From an uncultured bacterium (GTDB taxonomy: Bacteria; Oederibacteriota; Oederibacteriia; Oederibacteriales; Oederibacteriaceae), in NCBI GenBank assembly GCA_965112635.1, contig OZ218778.1, positions 128,001 to 192,000 of the forward strand: 64,000 nt of DNA, read 5' to 3'. This document shows positions 1-9,942 of this stretch, one piece after another; the first letter of the stretch is position 1; each line of letters starts with the position of its first letter. A program made the position numbers and the translations under genes. Under the pieces are notes generated by a model. That model made no database searches, was not told where the DNA came from, and worked only from the letters and a program-made list of their open reading frames with translations.

Positions 1-65
1 CGGGCTGCTAATTTTCCCAAACCCGGCTGCCATGTTCTGACCAATGGCAGGATCATTTCAGTCAT
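1..65 (-). CDS. 5' end of a gene running off the window (MTEMILPLVRTWQPGLGKLAA...), probably part of the cobalamin operon
   Basis: ATG at 65 with a GAAGGAG-type RBS upstream; same strand as and directly downstream of the btuB-like gene; frame open to the window edge. Confidence 0.5.
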   Translation of the reverse strand, partial: MTEMILPLVRTWQPGLGKLAA

Positions 66-145
66 GCAACCTTCTCCTTCTCAAAATTCCTGCTCCTAAG
101 CCCAGGCTCCGGAGCAGGTAAACATTTTACTATACTTGTATGGTT

Positions 146-2206
146 CTAGAAAGTCAGGTTGACGCCTCCATGGTACGTGGTGCCTGGCAAAGGATAAAAC
201 TCTTCATCCTCATATTTGATATTAAAGATATTGTCTGCAGTAAAAAATATCTCGCTCCCGGCTATAGACCATCCCAGCCTCGCTCCAAAAATGGAAGCAT
301 CGGGCAGGAAGTGCTTGGTACCATAGCTGTCAACCCATTCTACCTTGTCAGTATAGTCGAATTTCACCAGGGCATTCAAACCCAGCCCCGGCTTTAATCC
401 AAACCTGTAGCTGACTTTATTGAACGGAGCATACTCCAGCCTCTGATAATTTGAGCTGTCGTTATTTCTCCCCTGGCTTTCCAAATAGGTATAGCCCAGG
501 GACTGTTCCACAATCTTTCCGATGTGGCTGGTCATATCCACTTCCATGCCCTGGTTATAAACATTTCCTATATTGACCGGACGGAAGTGCTGGATGGTCG
601 GGTCCGTGCTGATATCTTCCCACTGGATCAAGTCTGTGATATCGCTCCGGTAAAAAGTAACACGCTGGGTCAGCAATTCCGACCAGTCCACCTCAACCCC
701 TGCGTCATAACCCCAGGCTATCTCAGGGCTCAGGTTTGGATTGCCCTGCGTGTCTCCGGCTGGGCTGCCCCAAAAGGAAGGCCACGATGAAAATGGGGAA
801 TACATATCATCCATGGTCGGAGCCCGGAAAGCCCGGCTTACGTTACCGGATAATTTAACGTTATCCATGGGCTTGTAAACCACAGTCAACCGGGGGTCGA
901 ACTGGGTGCCAAAATCATCATAGTAATCAAACCTGCCCCCTAGGGTCGTAACGGTCGGTCCTAGATGCAGGATTTGCTCCAAATATAACGCCCGGCTCGA
1001 GATTGTATCTTCAATCTGGGTTTTATTGGGAACCACGGTCAAATCCTTGGTCACAGCGCTTCTGCTCTGGAGTCCCCAGCCCAGCATGAAATCTACAGGT
1101 GTGTTCAACTGGACATCCAGGCCAGTCATGGAATCATTATAATCATTGGCCTCAAAAGAATCCGGGTCTGCGTACTGCCTATCCACGAGATTGCCATAAG
1201 TCCGCAGGCTAAGTTCCATTCCCTGACTGAACTTTCGGCCGTATTCTATCTGGGCATAGCTCATGGTGTCGTTTTCGTCAGCGTTGGGATAGCCGGACTG
1301 CAGCTCCTTGTTCCCGTCCCACTTTGCAAAAGGGGTATTATTCTCTCCCGGAACACCATAATAGGCCTGGTGATAAAGTATCCTGGCCACTAGAGAGTCA
1401 TCGGGAGAAATATCCACCCCCATATTGCTGTTAAAATTATTGGCATCATAATGACTATTGGCTCTCCAACCGCCGTCCAGGTCTTTTTCCGCTGAAAAGG
1501 AATACCAGTGATTGTCATGTTTATCGCAAGCATTTATAATATATTCCTGTTCCCCATAACTTCCGAAAGAGGTTGTGATGGAAGAAACTGGTTTATCGCC
1601 GACCTTATTGGTAATGATATTGATAAGCCCGCCCAAGGCATTGGCTCCCCACAAAGCAGAACCGGGTCCTTTGACCACTTCGATGCGGTCAATATTGGAG
1701 ACAGAAATCGTGCTTAGGTCCGCGCTCCCCATCTCAATATCATTGATGGGTTGCCCATCGATCATCACTAAAACCTGGTCACTGGAAGCCCCGCCGCTGC
1801 GCATCCTGATTTCCCGGGGTGAACCTTCCGTTCCGGGATTTGACACATCCACCACGCCGCTGATACCTTCGATGGCGTCTGCGGCGGTATGGACATTGCG
1901 CTCTTTCAGCTGCGCCTGGGTCACCACGCTCACATTGGTTCCAAGCTCTGCCATACTGCTTTTTAACTTGGTGGCCGACACAACGACCTCATTGATCACG
2001 GCGGGTTCTTGTGCCGTCGTGGAAACCGCCCCGGCTGAGGCGGCCATCGTCTGAGCTACGGGAGTCACGCCCTGGCTTTCGGACACTGACGCACTTGCCG
2101 TAGGCGTGACCGGCAAACTCATTAACCCCTGCGCCCCTAAACTCATACTTGATAAAATCAACACCAAACTTGTTGCTGAAATCTTCAAGCTTTTTTCTCC
2201 TGACAT
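146..2206 (-). CDS. btuB: TonB-dependent outer-membrane receptor, cobalamin (BtuB-like)
   Basis: Signal peptide, TonB-box-like EVVVSA, plug motif IDRIEVVKGPGSALWGANALGGLINIIT, C-terminal Phe; cobalamin riboswitch directly upstream. Confidence 0.88.
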   Translation of the reverse strand: MSGEKSLKISATSLVLILSSMSLGAQGLMSLPVTPTASASVSESQGVTPVAQTMAASAGAVSTTAQEPAVINEVVVSATKLKSSMAELGTNVSVVTQAQLKERNVHTAADAIEGISGVVDVSNPGTEGSPREIRMRSGGASSDQVLVMIDGQPINDIEMGSADLSTISVSNIDRIEVVKGPGSALWGANALGGLINIITNKVGDKPVSSITTSFGSYGEQEYIINACDKHDNHWYSFSAEKDLDGGWRANSHYDANNFNSNMGVDISPDDSLVARILYHQAYYGVPGENNTPFAKWDGNKELQSGYPNADENDTMSYAQIEYGRKFSQGMELSLRTYGNLVDRQYADPDSFEANDYNDSMTGLDVQLNTPVDFMLGWGLQSRSAVTKDLTVVPNKTQIEDTISSRALYLEQILHLGPTVTTLGGRFDYYDDFGTQFDPRLTVVYKPMDNVKLSGNVSRAFRAPTMDDMYSPFSSWPSFWGSPAGDTQGNPNLSPEIAWGYDAGVEVDWSELLTQRVTFYRSDITDLIQWEDISTDPTIQHFRPVNIGNVYNQGMEVDMTSHIGKIVEQSLGYTYLESQGRNNDSSNYQRLEYAPFNKVSYRFGLKPGLGLNALVKFDYTDKVEWVDSYGTKHFLPDASIFGARLGWSIAGSEIFFTADNIFNIKYEDEEFYPLPGTTYHGGVNLTF

Positions 2207-2281
2207 TTTTCAACCCTTTCTGCCCCCGCGGGCAAAACAAAATACCTTTGGATATCCTCCAATAGGTTTATAACCATACTT

Positions 2282-2435
2282 CCGGTGTCCTGGCTTGGCT
2301 TCGTCCTTCCCTGTGCCTTCCCAGCCTTTTGGCCAGTGGTTTTCACAGGGTCGTCAGCATTTACAGTGGCGGGGCCGTCGCCGAATTTCACGGCGTTCCC
2401 GGAACTTTTCAATTTCTAATCTATTGATCACCCCC
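2282..2435 (-). ncRNA. Cobalamin riboswitch (copy 1, upstream of btuB)
   Basis: Minus strand reads GGGAA..GTGAAA..CGGCCCCGCCACTGTAA..CCACTG..TGGGAAGG..AAGCCAGGACACC (B12 element and B12 box); 5' boundary approximate. Confidence 0.93.
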
Positions 2436-2461
2436 AATGGACAAACTCATTTAGATCCCAA

Positions 2462-3379
2462 TTAATTTTCCCTGGCTCTTTTGAGCCGTTCCAATATTTC
2501 CCGACAGCCCTTGACGACCCGCGGACCAGGTCTTTCTAAAAGGTCTAGAACAATGTCCGCGTAAATGTGCCGCTTTTTAACAGCCGTGACGTTCTGCCAA
2601 CCCTGCCTGGCGCATATCTCTTTGACCGCCTGGTCCTGGCTGATGGGATAACCCACAATGATGACATCAGGGTTTTGGCCGATGATATACTCGGCGCTGA
2701 CATTGACATAAGTGCCTTTCAGGGTGTCCCCGATGTTCTCGCCACCGGCGGTCTCGATGGACTCATGCAAGTCCGTTCCCGTGCCTACGGTCATATACGG
2801 GTTTTTCCAAAGCTCGAAATAAACCTTGGGCCTGTTCCTGCCAAAGAGCGCCCAGGCCTCCCGGCCTATCCCCTCCAGCTCTTTCCTGAGGCTGTTGACC
2901 ACCTTTTCAGCCCGCTGGCTCACCCCTGCCGCGCGCCCCATGAGCAAAATATCTTGGAATATCCTTTCAATGGAATTGGGATAGAGGACGAACACCGCGA
3001 TATCCAGCTTCTCCAAATTTTCCACCAGTTCTTTTTGCACACCGCCGGTGGCAAAGACCAGGTCCGGCTTTAAAGCCACAACTTTTTCTAGGCTGGGTTT
3101 GGAAAAAATACCCACCTTGGCCACTTTTTTTGCCTCAGGAGGATAATTACAGTCCTGGGTCACTCCGACCAGCTTGTTGCCCAGACCCAGCACAAATACG
3201 ACCTCCGTATCCGCCGGAGATAGTGAAACGATCCGCAGGGGCTCCTGCTTGACCGTCACGGTCCTGCCCACATCGTCGGTTAGGACCAGAGGTGTAAATC
3301 TCGTCGCCTTGGCGTCCAATACTGGAAAGCAAGACCAAAACAACCACAACGCCAAGTAAAAAATTTCATTTTTTTTCAT
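2462..3379 (-). CDS. btuF: Periplasmic cobalamin-binding protein (BtuF-like)
   Basis: TDDVGRTVTV..RIVSLSPADTE, EKVVALKPDLV and RPGPR motifs of class III metal-complex binding proteins; riboswitch upstream. Confidence 0.88.
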   Translation of the reverse strand: MKKNEIFYLALWLFWSCFPVLDAKATRFTPLVLTDDVGRTVTVKQEPLRIVSLSPADTEVVFVLGLGNKLVGVTQDCNYPPEAKKVAKVGIFSKPSLEKVVALKPDLVFATGGVQKELVENLEKLDIAVFVLYPNSIERIFQDILLMGRAAGVSQRAEKVVNSLRKELEGIGREAWALFGRNRPKVYFELWKNPYMTVGTGTDLHESIETAGGENIGDTLKGTYVNVSAEYIIGQNPDVIIVGYPISQDQAVKEICARQGWQNVTAVKKRHIYADIVLDLLERPGPRVVKGCREILERLKRAREN

Positions 3380-3392
3380 TATTACTCCGCCC

Positions 3393-3427
3393 TAAAAACA
3401 AAAAACCCATGCGCCTCGCATGGGTTG
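3393..3427 (-). terminator. Intrinsic terminator in the riboswitch expression platform upstream of btuF
   Basis: AACCCATGCG-loop-CGCATGGGTT hairpin followed on the minus strand by TTTTGTTTTT, between riboswitch and RBS. Confidence 0.75.
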
Positions 3428-3489
3428 GTCTTTGAGTGTCTATGGAACCGACTCCCTCACCTCGAGGAGCGCTTTTCTTTAAATTTAGT

Positions 3490-3650
3490 TCGGGCCAGGT
3501 CTCCTGGCTTATGCCTCATCCTCGCCTGCACCTTCCCAGCCGGTGGGCCAGTGGTCTTACGCAGGTTCGTCAGCATTTACAGTGGCGGGGCCGTCGCTGG
3601 TTTTCACAGCGTTCCCTCTGCCCGAATATGTTTAATTCAAAGAACATAAA
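3490..3650 (-). ncRNA. Cobalamin riboswitch (copy 2, upstream of btuF)
   Basis: Minus strand GGGAA..GTGAAA..CGGCCCCGCCACTGTAA..CCACTG..TGGGAAGG..AAGCCAGGAGACCTG; 5' boundary approximate. Confidence 0.94.
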
Positions 3651-3664
3651 ACAATATCACTGCC

Positions 3665-3692
3665 ATTCTATTCTAAATAATCCCTTAGTCAA
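3665..3692 (-). promoter_or_regulatory. Putative sigma70 promoter for the btuF-btuB operon
   Basis: TTGACT-N16-TAGAAT on the minus strand just upstream of riboswitch copy 2. Confidence 0.45.
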
Positions 3693-3712
3693 GAGTCCCT
3701 TGTCATGTCAAT

Positions 3713-3750
3713 AAAAAAGCCCGGCCCCCCCATCAGGGAACCGGGCTTTT
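3713..3750 (-). terminator. Intrinsic terminator after hppA
   Basis: AAAAGCCCGG...CCGGGCTTTT hairpin with T-run on the minus strand. Confidence 0.8.
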
Positions 3751-3767
3751 GCAATCTTAGACTGTGA

Positions 3768-6215
3768 CTAGGACTTGATCCTCATCTTATAGAACGAACG
3801 CCATACAAAGGTCACCGACACCAAGAAAAAGCACAGGGCCACGACTAGCCTGGTCTGCTGGGGCAGGGTGATGGCCAGTTCCACAGCCAGTAAACCGAAC
3901 AGGGTCGTGAACTTGATGACCGGGTTCATGGCTACGGAAGAGGTATCCTTGAACGGGTCACCGACCGTATCGCCGACCACCGTGGCCGCGTGCAGCTCCG
4001 TCCCTTTTTGGTCCATATCCGTCTCCACGATCTTCTTGGCATTGTCCCACGCGCCGCCCGCGTTAGCCATAAAGATGGCCTGGTACAGGCCGAAGATGGC
4101 GATGGAGATCAGGTAGCCGATGAAGAAATAGGAGTCTAGGCAGGCGAACGCCAGCGTCCCGCAAAACACGGCGATAAAGATGTTGAACATGCCCTTTTGC
4201 GCGTACTTGGTGCATATCTCCACGACCTTCTTGGAATCGGTGATGGAGGCCTTCTGGGCTCCCTTGCCCAGATGGATATTGCGTTTGATGAACTCCACGG
4301 CCCGGAAAGCTCCGGTGGAGACCGCCTGCGTGGAAGCGCCGGTGAACCAGTAGATCATGGCGCCGCCGGTGATGAGTCCCAGCAGGAACATGGGGTTGTA
4401 AATGGAGAAATAGCTGGATGCGTTGGAGAGCGCCTGCTCCGTGATCTTCATCCCCTCCGTGTAATTGGGGGTCAGCTTGTTGGCCAGGAGCACCATGATG
4501 GAGAAGACCAGGGTGGTGGCTCCGACCACGGCCGTGCCGATCAAGACAGGCTTGGCGGTCGCCTTAAAGGTATTGCCCGCCCCGTCATTCTCTTCCAATA
4601 GCGCTTTTGCTCTCTTGAAGTTCGGGTCAAAACCGAAAGTTTTCTTGATATCGTTCTTGATATTTTTGATGGTCTCGATGGTGGACAGTTCGTACACGGA
4701 CTGCGCGTTGTCAGTGACCGGGCCGTAGGAATCCACGGCAATGGTCACCGGGCCCATGCCCAGGAAGCCAAAGGCCACCAGACCAAAAGCGAACACCGCC
4801 GGAGCGACCATCAGGGCCCCCAGGCCAAAAGTAGATACGCCATAGGCAATGGCCATCAGGATGACGATGGAAAGTCCTATATAGTAGGCCGAGAAGTTGC
4901 CGGCCACGAACCCGGACAGGATGGTGAGCGAAGGGCCGCCCTCCTGGGCCGACTCCACGACTTCTTGGACATGCCTGGACTTGGTGGAGGTGAACACCTT
5001 GACCAACTCGGGAATGATAGCTCCGGCCAGGGTACCGCAGGTGATGATACAGGACAGTTTCCACCACAGGGTCCCGTCCCCGAGATTGGGGATGAGCAGG
5101 CTGGAAACCCAGAAGGTCATGCCCACTGAAATAAGGGAAGTGATCCAAACCAGCGAGGTCAGAGGGGACTCAAAGTTCATCTCGTCGCTGTTCTTATAGC
5201 GGGCCATGGCCAGGACCTCGTTGACGCCATAAGCCACTCCTGAGGTCACGATCATCATGACGCGCATGACAAAGATCCACACCAGCAGCTGCAGCTGGAC
5301 CATAGGGTCCGCGACGGCCAGCAGGATAAAGGTGATCAGGGCCACGCCAGTGACGCCGTAGGTTTCAAAGCCGTCGGCCGTGGGGCCCACAGAATCGCCC
5401 GCGTTGTCGCCCGTGCAGTCGGCGATAACACCGGGGTTGCGCGCGTCGTCTTCTTTGATCTTGAACACGATCTTCATCAGGTCTGAGCCGATATCCGCGA
5501 TCTTGGTAAAGATACCGCCCGCGATCCTGAGGGCTGCTGCGCCCAGGGACTCGCCGATGGCGAAACCGATGAAGCAGAATCCGGCCAGGTCGCCGGGAAT
5601 GACCAGCAGGATGAACAAGAGGATGATCAATTCAATGGAGATCAGGAGCATGCCGATGGAAATGCCAGACTTTAAAGGGATGGAATAGGCCGGGAACGGC
5701 TTGCCTTTAAGTGCGGCAAAGGCTGTGCGGGAGTTGGCAAAAGTATTGATCCGGATGCCGAACCACGCCACAGTGATGGACCCAGCGATACCCACCAGGC
5801 TGAATCCCAGGATGATGAGCATGTTGAGCGTCCCTACGGGTTTAAGCCAGCCGAAATAGATCCCTATGACCACCCCGATGAACACCCACAGGAGCAGGAT
5901 GAACTTGATCTGCGTGAGCAGATATGTTTTGCAGGTCTCGTAGATCAGCTCTGAGATGTCTTTCATGGACTGATGGACCGGCAGGCTCCTCAGGTAAAGG
6001 TACATCACCAGGCCGAACAGCATGCCCAGGACGCACACGCCCATCCCCCACTGCAGGATGGTCGCCCCCGGGGTGCCCATAAAACTGACCAGCCCCAGGT
6101 CCGGGATCTTCAGGTCCGCCTCGCTCGCGAACGCTGGCATAGCTAAAAGGCTGATGGCCAATGTTGATACTATCGCGGCCAAAGCCCTTTGGAACCACTT
6201 AAAGCTTTTAACCAT
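3768..6215 (-). CDS. hppA: Membrane-bound H+-translocating pyrophosphatase, divergent K+-independent type
   Basis: GGIFTKIADIGSDL, EDDARNPGVIADCTGDNAGD, DSYGPVTDNA, GNTFKA, GGAWDNAKK and GDTVGDPFKDTS motifs. Confidence 0.95.
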   Translation of the reverse strand: MVKSFKWFQRALAAIVSTLAISLLAMPAFASEADLKIPDLGLVSFMGTPGATILQWGMGVCVLGMLFGLVMYLYLRSLPVHQSMKDISELIYETCKTYLLTQIKFILLLWVFIGVVIGIYFGWLKPVGTLNMLIILGFSLVGIAGSITVAWFGIRINTFANSRTAFAALKGKPFPAYSIPLKSGISIGMLLISIELIILLFILLVIPGDLAGFCFIGFAIGESLGAAALRIAGGIFTKIADIGSDLMKIVFKIKEDDARNPGVIADCTGDNAGDSVGPTADGFETYGVTGVALITFILLAVADPMVQLQLLVWIFVMRVMMIVTSGVAYGVNEVLAMARYKNSDEMNFESPLTSLVWITSLISVGMTFWVSSLLIPNLGDGTLWWKLSCIITCGTLAGAIIPELVKVFTSTKSRHVQEVVESAQEGGPSLTILSGFVAGNFSAYYIGLSIVILMAIAYGVSTFGLGALMVAPAVFAFGLVAFGFLGMGPVTIAVDSYGPVTDNAQSVYELSTIETIKNIKNDIKKTFGFDPNFKRAKALLEENDGAGNTFKATAKPVLIGTAVVGATTLVFSIMVLLANKLTPNYTEGMKITEQALSNASSYFSIYNPMFLLGLITGGAMIYWFTGASTQAVSTGAFRAVEFIKRNIHLGKGAQKASITDSKKVVEICTKYAQKGMFNIFIAVFCGTLAFACLDSYFFIGYLISIAIFGLYQAIFMANAGGAWDNAKKIVETDMDQKGTELHAATVVGDTVGDPFKDTSSVAMNPVIKFTTLFGLLAVELAITLPQQTRLVVALCFFLVSVTFVWRSFYKMRIKS

Positions 6216-6290
6216 TGTTCCTCCTTAAAATAGTTTTCCTCCGGTCCAATAAAGGGAGGGGTATACTTTTATGAAAACAACGAAAACATT

Positions 6291-6319
6291 ACTATAGAAT
6301 TATCCGTTTGAGCTGTCAA
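6291..6319 (-). promoter_or_regulatory. Sigma70 promoter of hppA
   Basis: TTGACA-N17-TATAGT on the minus strand ~75 bp upstream of the start. Confidence 0.65.
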
Positions 6320-6434
6320 TAACGGCTGACCCTCTAAAAGAAACAGGTTGGCCGCATGATTCATGCAATTTTTTACAACAGACGCGCTTTAAAACTTGTT
6401 ATGGATCAATGTGATATTTGTAAAAAAGAGGCCA

Positions 6435-7004
6435 TTATTTCTGGTTCGGCGTCTCGGTGACCCGTGGAAGCGCGGGCGGTATCTTGGCCTTGCGGACCAA
6501 CTCGATGGCTTTTTCAGCCAGCGGATCCCCCATCGTTTCAGCATGGTAAAGGTCCTCCAACGCTGTCTTCTTATTATGCTTGTCCAGCTGGAATTCGGCG
6601 ATCCCACGCTTTAAATAAGCCGCGGCAAAACCAGGGTTGAGCTGGATCACCTTGCTCAGGTCTTTGATGGCTGCGGCGCAGTTGCCCGCGGCACAGTTGA
6701 GGGCTCCCCGGGCGAAATAAGCATCGGCGTTGTCCGGGGCGAATTCCACGGCCTTGTTATAGTCCGCAATGGCGCCTTTAATGTCAGCCAGGTCTTCCCG
6801 GGCCAGCCCGCGCTTGAGATATATAGCGCCATCTTGAGGGTCTTGAGCAAGGGCCTTGGTGCATTCATCGATCACTCTTTGATGTTCCTGGTAGGCGGCG
6901 GTGCTGGTGACCCCGTTGTATCCGGTGGCCGGTTTCGCAGCCTGGCTGATAGCGCTGAGAAACACCACGCAACAAAAGAAGACCGAACACAATATTTTTT
7001 TCAT
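6435..7004 (-). CDS. Exported tetratricopeptide repeat protein
   Basis: Signal peptide; repeated AY.xRG...AIxDYxKA TPR consensus. Confidence 0.8.
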   Translation of the reverse strand: MKKILCSVFFCCVVFLSAISQAAKPATGYNGVTSTAAYQEHQRVIDECTKALAQDPQDGAIYLKRGLAREDLADIKGAIADYNKAVEFAPDNADAYFARGALNCAAGNCAAAIKDLSKVIQLNPGFAAAYLKRGIAEFQLDKHNKKTALEDLYHAETMGDPLAEKAIELVRKAKIPPALPRVTETPNQK

Positions 7005-7066
7005 CAGCTTTCCCCTTTCGTTCAGGAACTATTGAGAGGATATTATACCACCCTCATCCACCCTGG

Positions 7067-7534
7067 TCATCCAAGGCAGGCTGGGGATATGATTTTCAAG
7101 GCCTGTCCCTTGGGTTTGAACACTATACGCCTCTTTTTTTCAGATATATGGGTGAATTCTATCTTAAGATAGTCCTTGGGCCAGGCCTCCTTTATCTTTT
7201 CGGCCCATTCGATGACGCAGACCCCTTCCCCAAAAAGGTATTCATCCAGGCCTATCCCCTCAACCTGCCGGACATTATCCAACCTGTAGAGGTCCAGGTG
7301 GTACAGGGGTATCCTGCCCTGGTAGGGCTGCATCAGCACAAAGGTCGGGCTGGTCACCTGCTCCTTGACCCCCAAACCCTTGGCCAGACCCTGGGTAAAA
7401 ACGGTCTTGCCCGCTCCCAGGTCGCCGATGAGCAGGACCACGCTGCCTTGTGGAAGCGTCTTCCCCAGCTCCTCGCCCAGCTTAAAGGTCTGCTGGCGGC
7501 TTTTCAAAATGATTTTCTTTTCTTTGTGTCGCAT
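7067..7534 (-). CDS. tsaE: tRNA threonylcarbamoyladenosine biosynthesis ATPase TsaE
   Basis: GDLGAGKT, VTSPTF, HLDLYRL and IEWAE motifs. Confidence 0.95.
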   Translation of the reverse strand: MRHKEKKIILKSRQQTFKLGEELGKTLPQGSVVLLIGDLGAGKTVFTQGLAKGLGVKEQVTSPTFVLMQPYQGRIPLYHLDLYRLDNVRQVEGIGLDEYLFGEGVCVIEWAEKIKEAWPKDYLKIEFTHISEKKRRIVFKPKGQALKIISPACLG

Positions 7535-7535
7535 C

Positions 7536-8783
7536 TTAATCTTCCTCTGCCCGGGCCTGGAGCGATTTCAGCTGGACCAGTTCCGGCCACTTTTTCCCCA
7601 CGGCTCCCACGACCAGCATGGTGGCCACCCCGCCGCCCACCACCGAAATGACCGGGCCGAAAAGCCAGGCCGTCAGCCCGGACTCGAACCAGCCCAGCTC
7701 ATTGGAAATGCTGATGAACATATTGTTGACCGCCTGCACCCTGCCTCTCATGGCATCCGGGGTCCTGACCATGACCAGGGTATGCCGGACCACCACGCTG
7801 ATATTATCCATGCCTCCCACAATGGCCAGCAGCACCAGGGAAAACCAGAAGGTATGGGACATCCCAAATCCTATCGTAGCCACTCCAAATCCAGCCACGG
7901 CAATGAACAAAGCTTTGCCGGCTTGTTTCAAAATAGGGTATCTCGATAAGAACCATATCATGACCATGGCTCCGACGGAGGGGGCCGCCCTGAGCCATCC
8001 CAGGCCAGCCGGCCCCACCTGCAGGATATCCTTGGCGTAAATGGGCAGAAGCGCCACGGCCCCGCCGAACAGGACCGCGAACAGGTCCAGGGTCATTACG
8101 CTCAGCAGGATGGGATGGGTCCAGACAAATCGCACTCCTCCCGCCAAGGAATGCAAGGTGACTTTTTTCACGGCAACCTTTGTCTGCCTGACCCGTATCC
8201 CCGCCAGGAATAAGCAATAACACAAGATGGCCAGCATGGTAAACCCATAAACATAGGTTGACCCGGCCAATACGGCGATGAGCCAGCCTCCCAGGGCCGG
8301 TCCGATGACCGTCCCCACCTGCCAGCTGCTGCTTTGCCAGGTGGCGGCGTTGGCAAAATGTTTTAAGGGGAGCATCATGGGGACCAGGGTAGCTGTGGAC
8401 GGAGTGATAAACGCGCTGGCCATGGCATTAAAAAATAGGATCAGGTAAAAGTAAGGCACCGGACCCTTGTTCAAAGAGACCAGCAAAAGGGCCAGGGAAC
8501 AAAGCGCCTGGGCGATCAGGCCCAGGATTGCCACCTTTTTCCTGTTAAAGCGGTCAGCCGTATGCCCGGCAGGCAAGGCCAGCAGGATGATGGGGACGAC
8601 CTGGACCAGCCCCAGCCAGGCCAGCACCATGGCTGAGTGGGTCCGTTCATAAAGCTCCCAGCTGATGGCTACGGCCTGCATCTGCCCGCCAATGACCTGA
8701 ATAAGCCTGCCAATAAAATAAAGCCGGTAGGACGAATACCTGAACGCGGCATAAGGGTCCTGGGTTGTTTTGTTTCCCATCAT
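7536..8783 (-). CDS. MFS transporter (EntS-like/MFS_3)
   Basis: About 12 hydrophobic segments, motif A GHTADRFNRK, C-terminal TPDAMRGRV. Confidence 0.88.
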   Translation of the reverse strand: MMGNKTTQDPYAAFRYSSYRLYFIGRLIQVIGGQMQAVAISWELYERTHSAMVLAWLGLVQVVPIILLALPAGHTADRFNRKKVAILGLIAQALCSLALLLVSLNKGPVPYFYLILFFNAMASAFITPSTATLVPMMLPLKHFANAATWQSSSWQVGTVIGPALGGWLIAVLAGSTYVYGFTMLAILCYCLFLAGIRVRQTKVAVKKVTLHSLAGGVRFVWTHPILLSVMTLDLFAVLFGGAVALLPIYAKDILQVGPAGLGWLRAAPSVGAMVMIWFLSRYPILKQAGKALFIAVAGFGVATIGFGMSHTFWFSLVLLAIVGGMDNISVVVRHTLVMVRTPDAMRGRVQAVNNMFISISNELGWFESGLTAWLFGPVISVVGGGVATMLVVGAVGKKWPELVQLKSLQARAEED

Positions 8784-8789
8784 CTCCTC

Positions 8790-9773
8790 TTAAAAATGCC
8801 GGTAGCCTTTGGGTTTCAGGGGCAGGTTTTTTAGTCCCGAGGTCATCAATCTTATTCCCTGCCTGGCCGGGATGATCCTGCCAATACAGGAAACTGGTAC
8901 CTGCCCTATTTTCTTCGGAACCTTGCCGAAAGACGCGGTGAAAACAAGTTCGTATTCTTCCCCGCCGTTCACGGCCCAGTCCAAAGCAGATTTTCTGGCT
9001 TTTTTAGCCAGGGTCACGGCTGGCTGAAACACGGGCACGACTCCTTCCAGGAGCAGGGCGCCGACCTTGCTTTCCTGGCAGATATGGTGTACTTCGCTGG
9101 CCAGGCCGTCACTGATATCCATCATGGCGTGCACGGCTTTTGTCTTCATGAGCGCCAATGACTCTTTGACCCGGGCTTGAGGAACAAGATGCCTTTTCTT
9201 TAACTCCCTAGCCGACCTGCCATCTATTTTTATTTTCCGGTTCTGCAGTAAAAAAAGCCCGGCTGCTGACCCGCCTAATGCTCCGGTGACAAAAATACCG
9301 TCCCCGACTTTGGCGCCTGAACGCAGGGCCGTGCCATAAGGCCCAGCCTCGCCCAAAACCGTCACATCCAGCACCACCTTGGAGCTTTTGACCGTGTCTC
9401 CGCCGACCAAAACTGCCCCGTATTTCTTGCAGGCCAGCTTGACACCCTTGTAAACACTGTCAAAAAATCTGACCGGCAAATCCCGGCAGCCCAGCGAAAC
9501 CACACAAAACCTGGGCACTCCTCCCATGGCGGCGATGTCGCTGATGGCCGTAGTAACCGCCTTGGCTCCCACCTCAAAAGGGGTGGCAGTTTTTAGGGAG
9601 AAATGGACATCCTCCACCGACATATCGCAGGTCAAAAGGATTTTCTTTGTTCCAAATCCTTTGAGCACAGCCGCATCATCCCCGATGCCGGTCAGCACAC
9701 CCTTGGTTCTTTTGGGCGCGCCCTTTTTCAGCCGGTCGATGAGACCAAACTCTCCTAACTTACCCAATTTCAT
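8790..9773 (-). CDS. thiL: Thiamine-monophosphate kinase
   Basis: GEFGLI, GIGDDAA, SDIAAMGG, GGDT, MDISDGL and GGEEYEL motifs. Confidence 0.95.
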   Translation of the reverse strand: MKLGKLGEFGLIDRLKKGAPKRTKGVLTGIGDDAAVLKGFGTKKILLTCDMSVEDVHFSLKTATPFEVGAKAVTTAISDIAAMGGVPRFCVVSLGCRDLPVRFFDSVYKGVKLACKKYGAVLVGGDTVKSSKVVLDVTVLGEAGPYGTALRSGAKVGDGIFVTGALGGSAAGLFLLQNRKIKIDGRSARELKKRHLVPQARVKESLALMKTKAVHAMMDISDGLASEVHHICQESKVGALLLEGVVPVFQPAVTLAKKARKSALDWAVNGGEEYELVFTASFGKVPKKIGQVPVSCIGRIIPARQGIRLMTSGLKNLPLKPKGYRHF

Positions 9774-9811
9774 ATGGGACTTCCTTCTAATAAAATCATT
9801 ACCATCCCCTG

Positions 9812-9831
9812 CCCTGAGCAGCGTCGAAGGG
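9812..9831. repeat. REP-like short palindrome CCCTGAGC-N-GTCGAAGGG (copy 1)
   Basis: CCCTGAGCAGCGTCGAAGGG; near-identical copy at 62861-62879. Confidence 0.55.
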
Positions 9832-9942
9832 TTCTCCTATTTGCGAAAGCTTCACAATCCCCACTCCTTTGCAGAATTCCTCGTAACATAACCAGTATAG
9901 GAAAAAAACAGCTGTTTCTAAAGTAAAGAATAGTTATCGGGA

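Noticed and set aside
2185-2412. 75-aa ORF upstream of btuB as a leader peptide
   Set aside because: It coincides with the cobalamin riboswitch, which explains the sequence.
6323-6354. Hairpin CGGCTGACC/GGTTGGCCG as a riboswitch for hppA
   Set aside because: It lies upstream of the predicted hppA promoter, so it would not be in that leader; no aptamer consensus was recognised.
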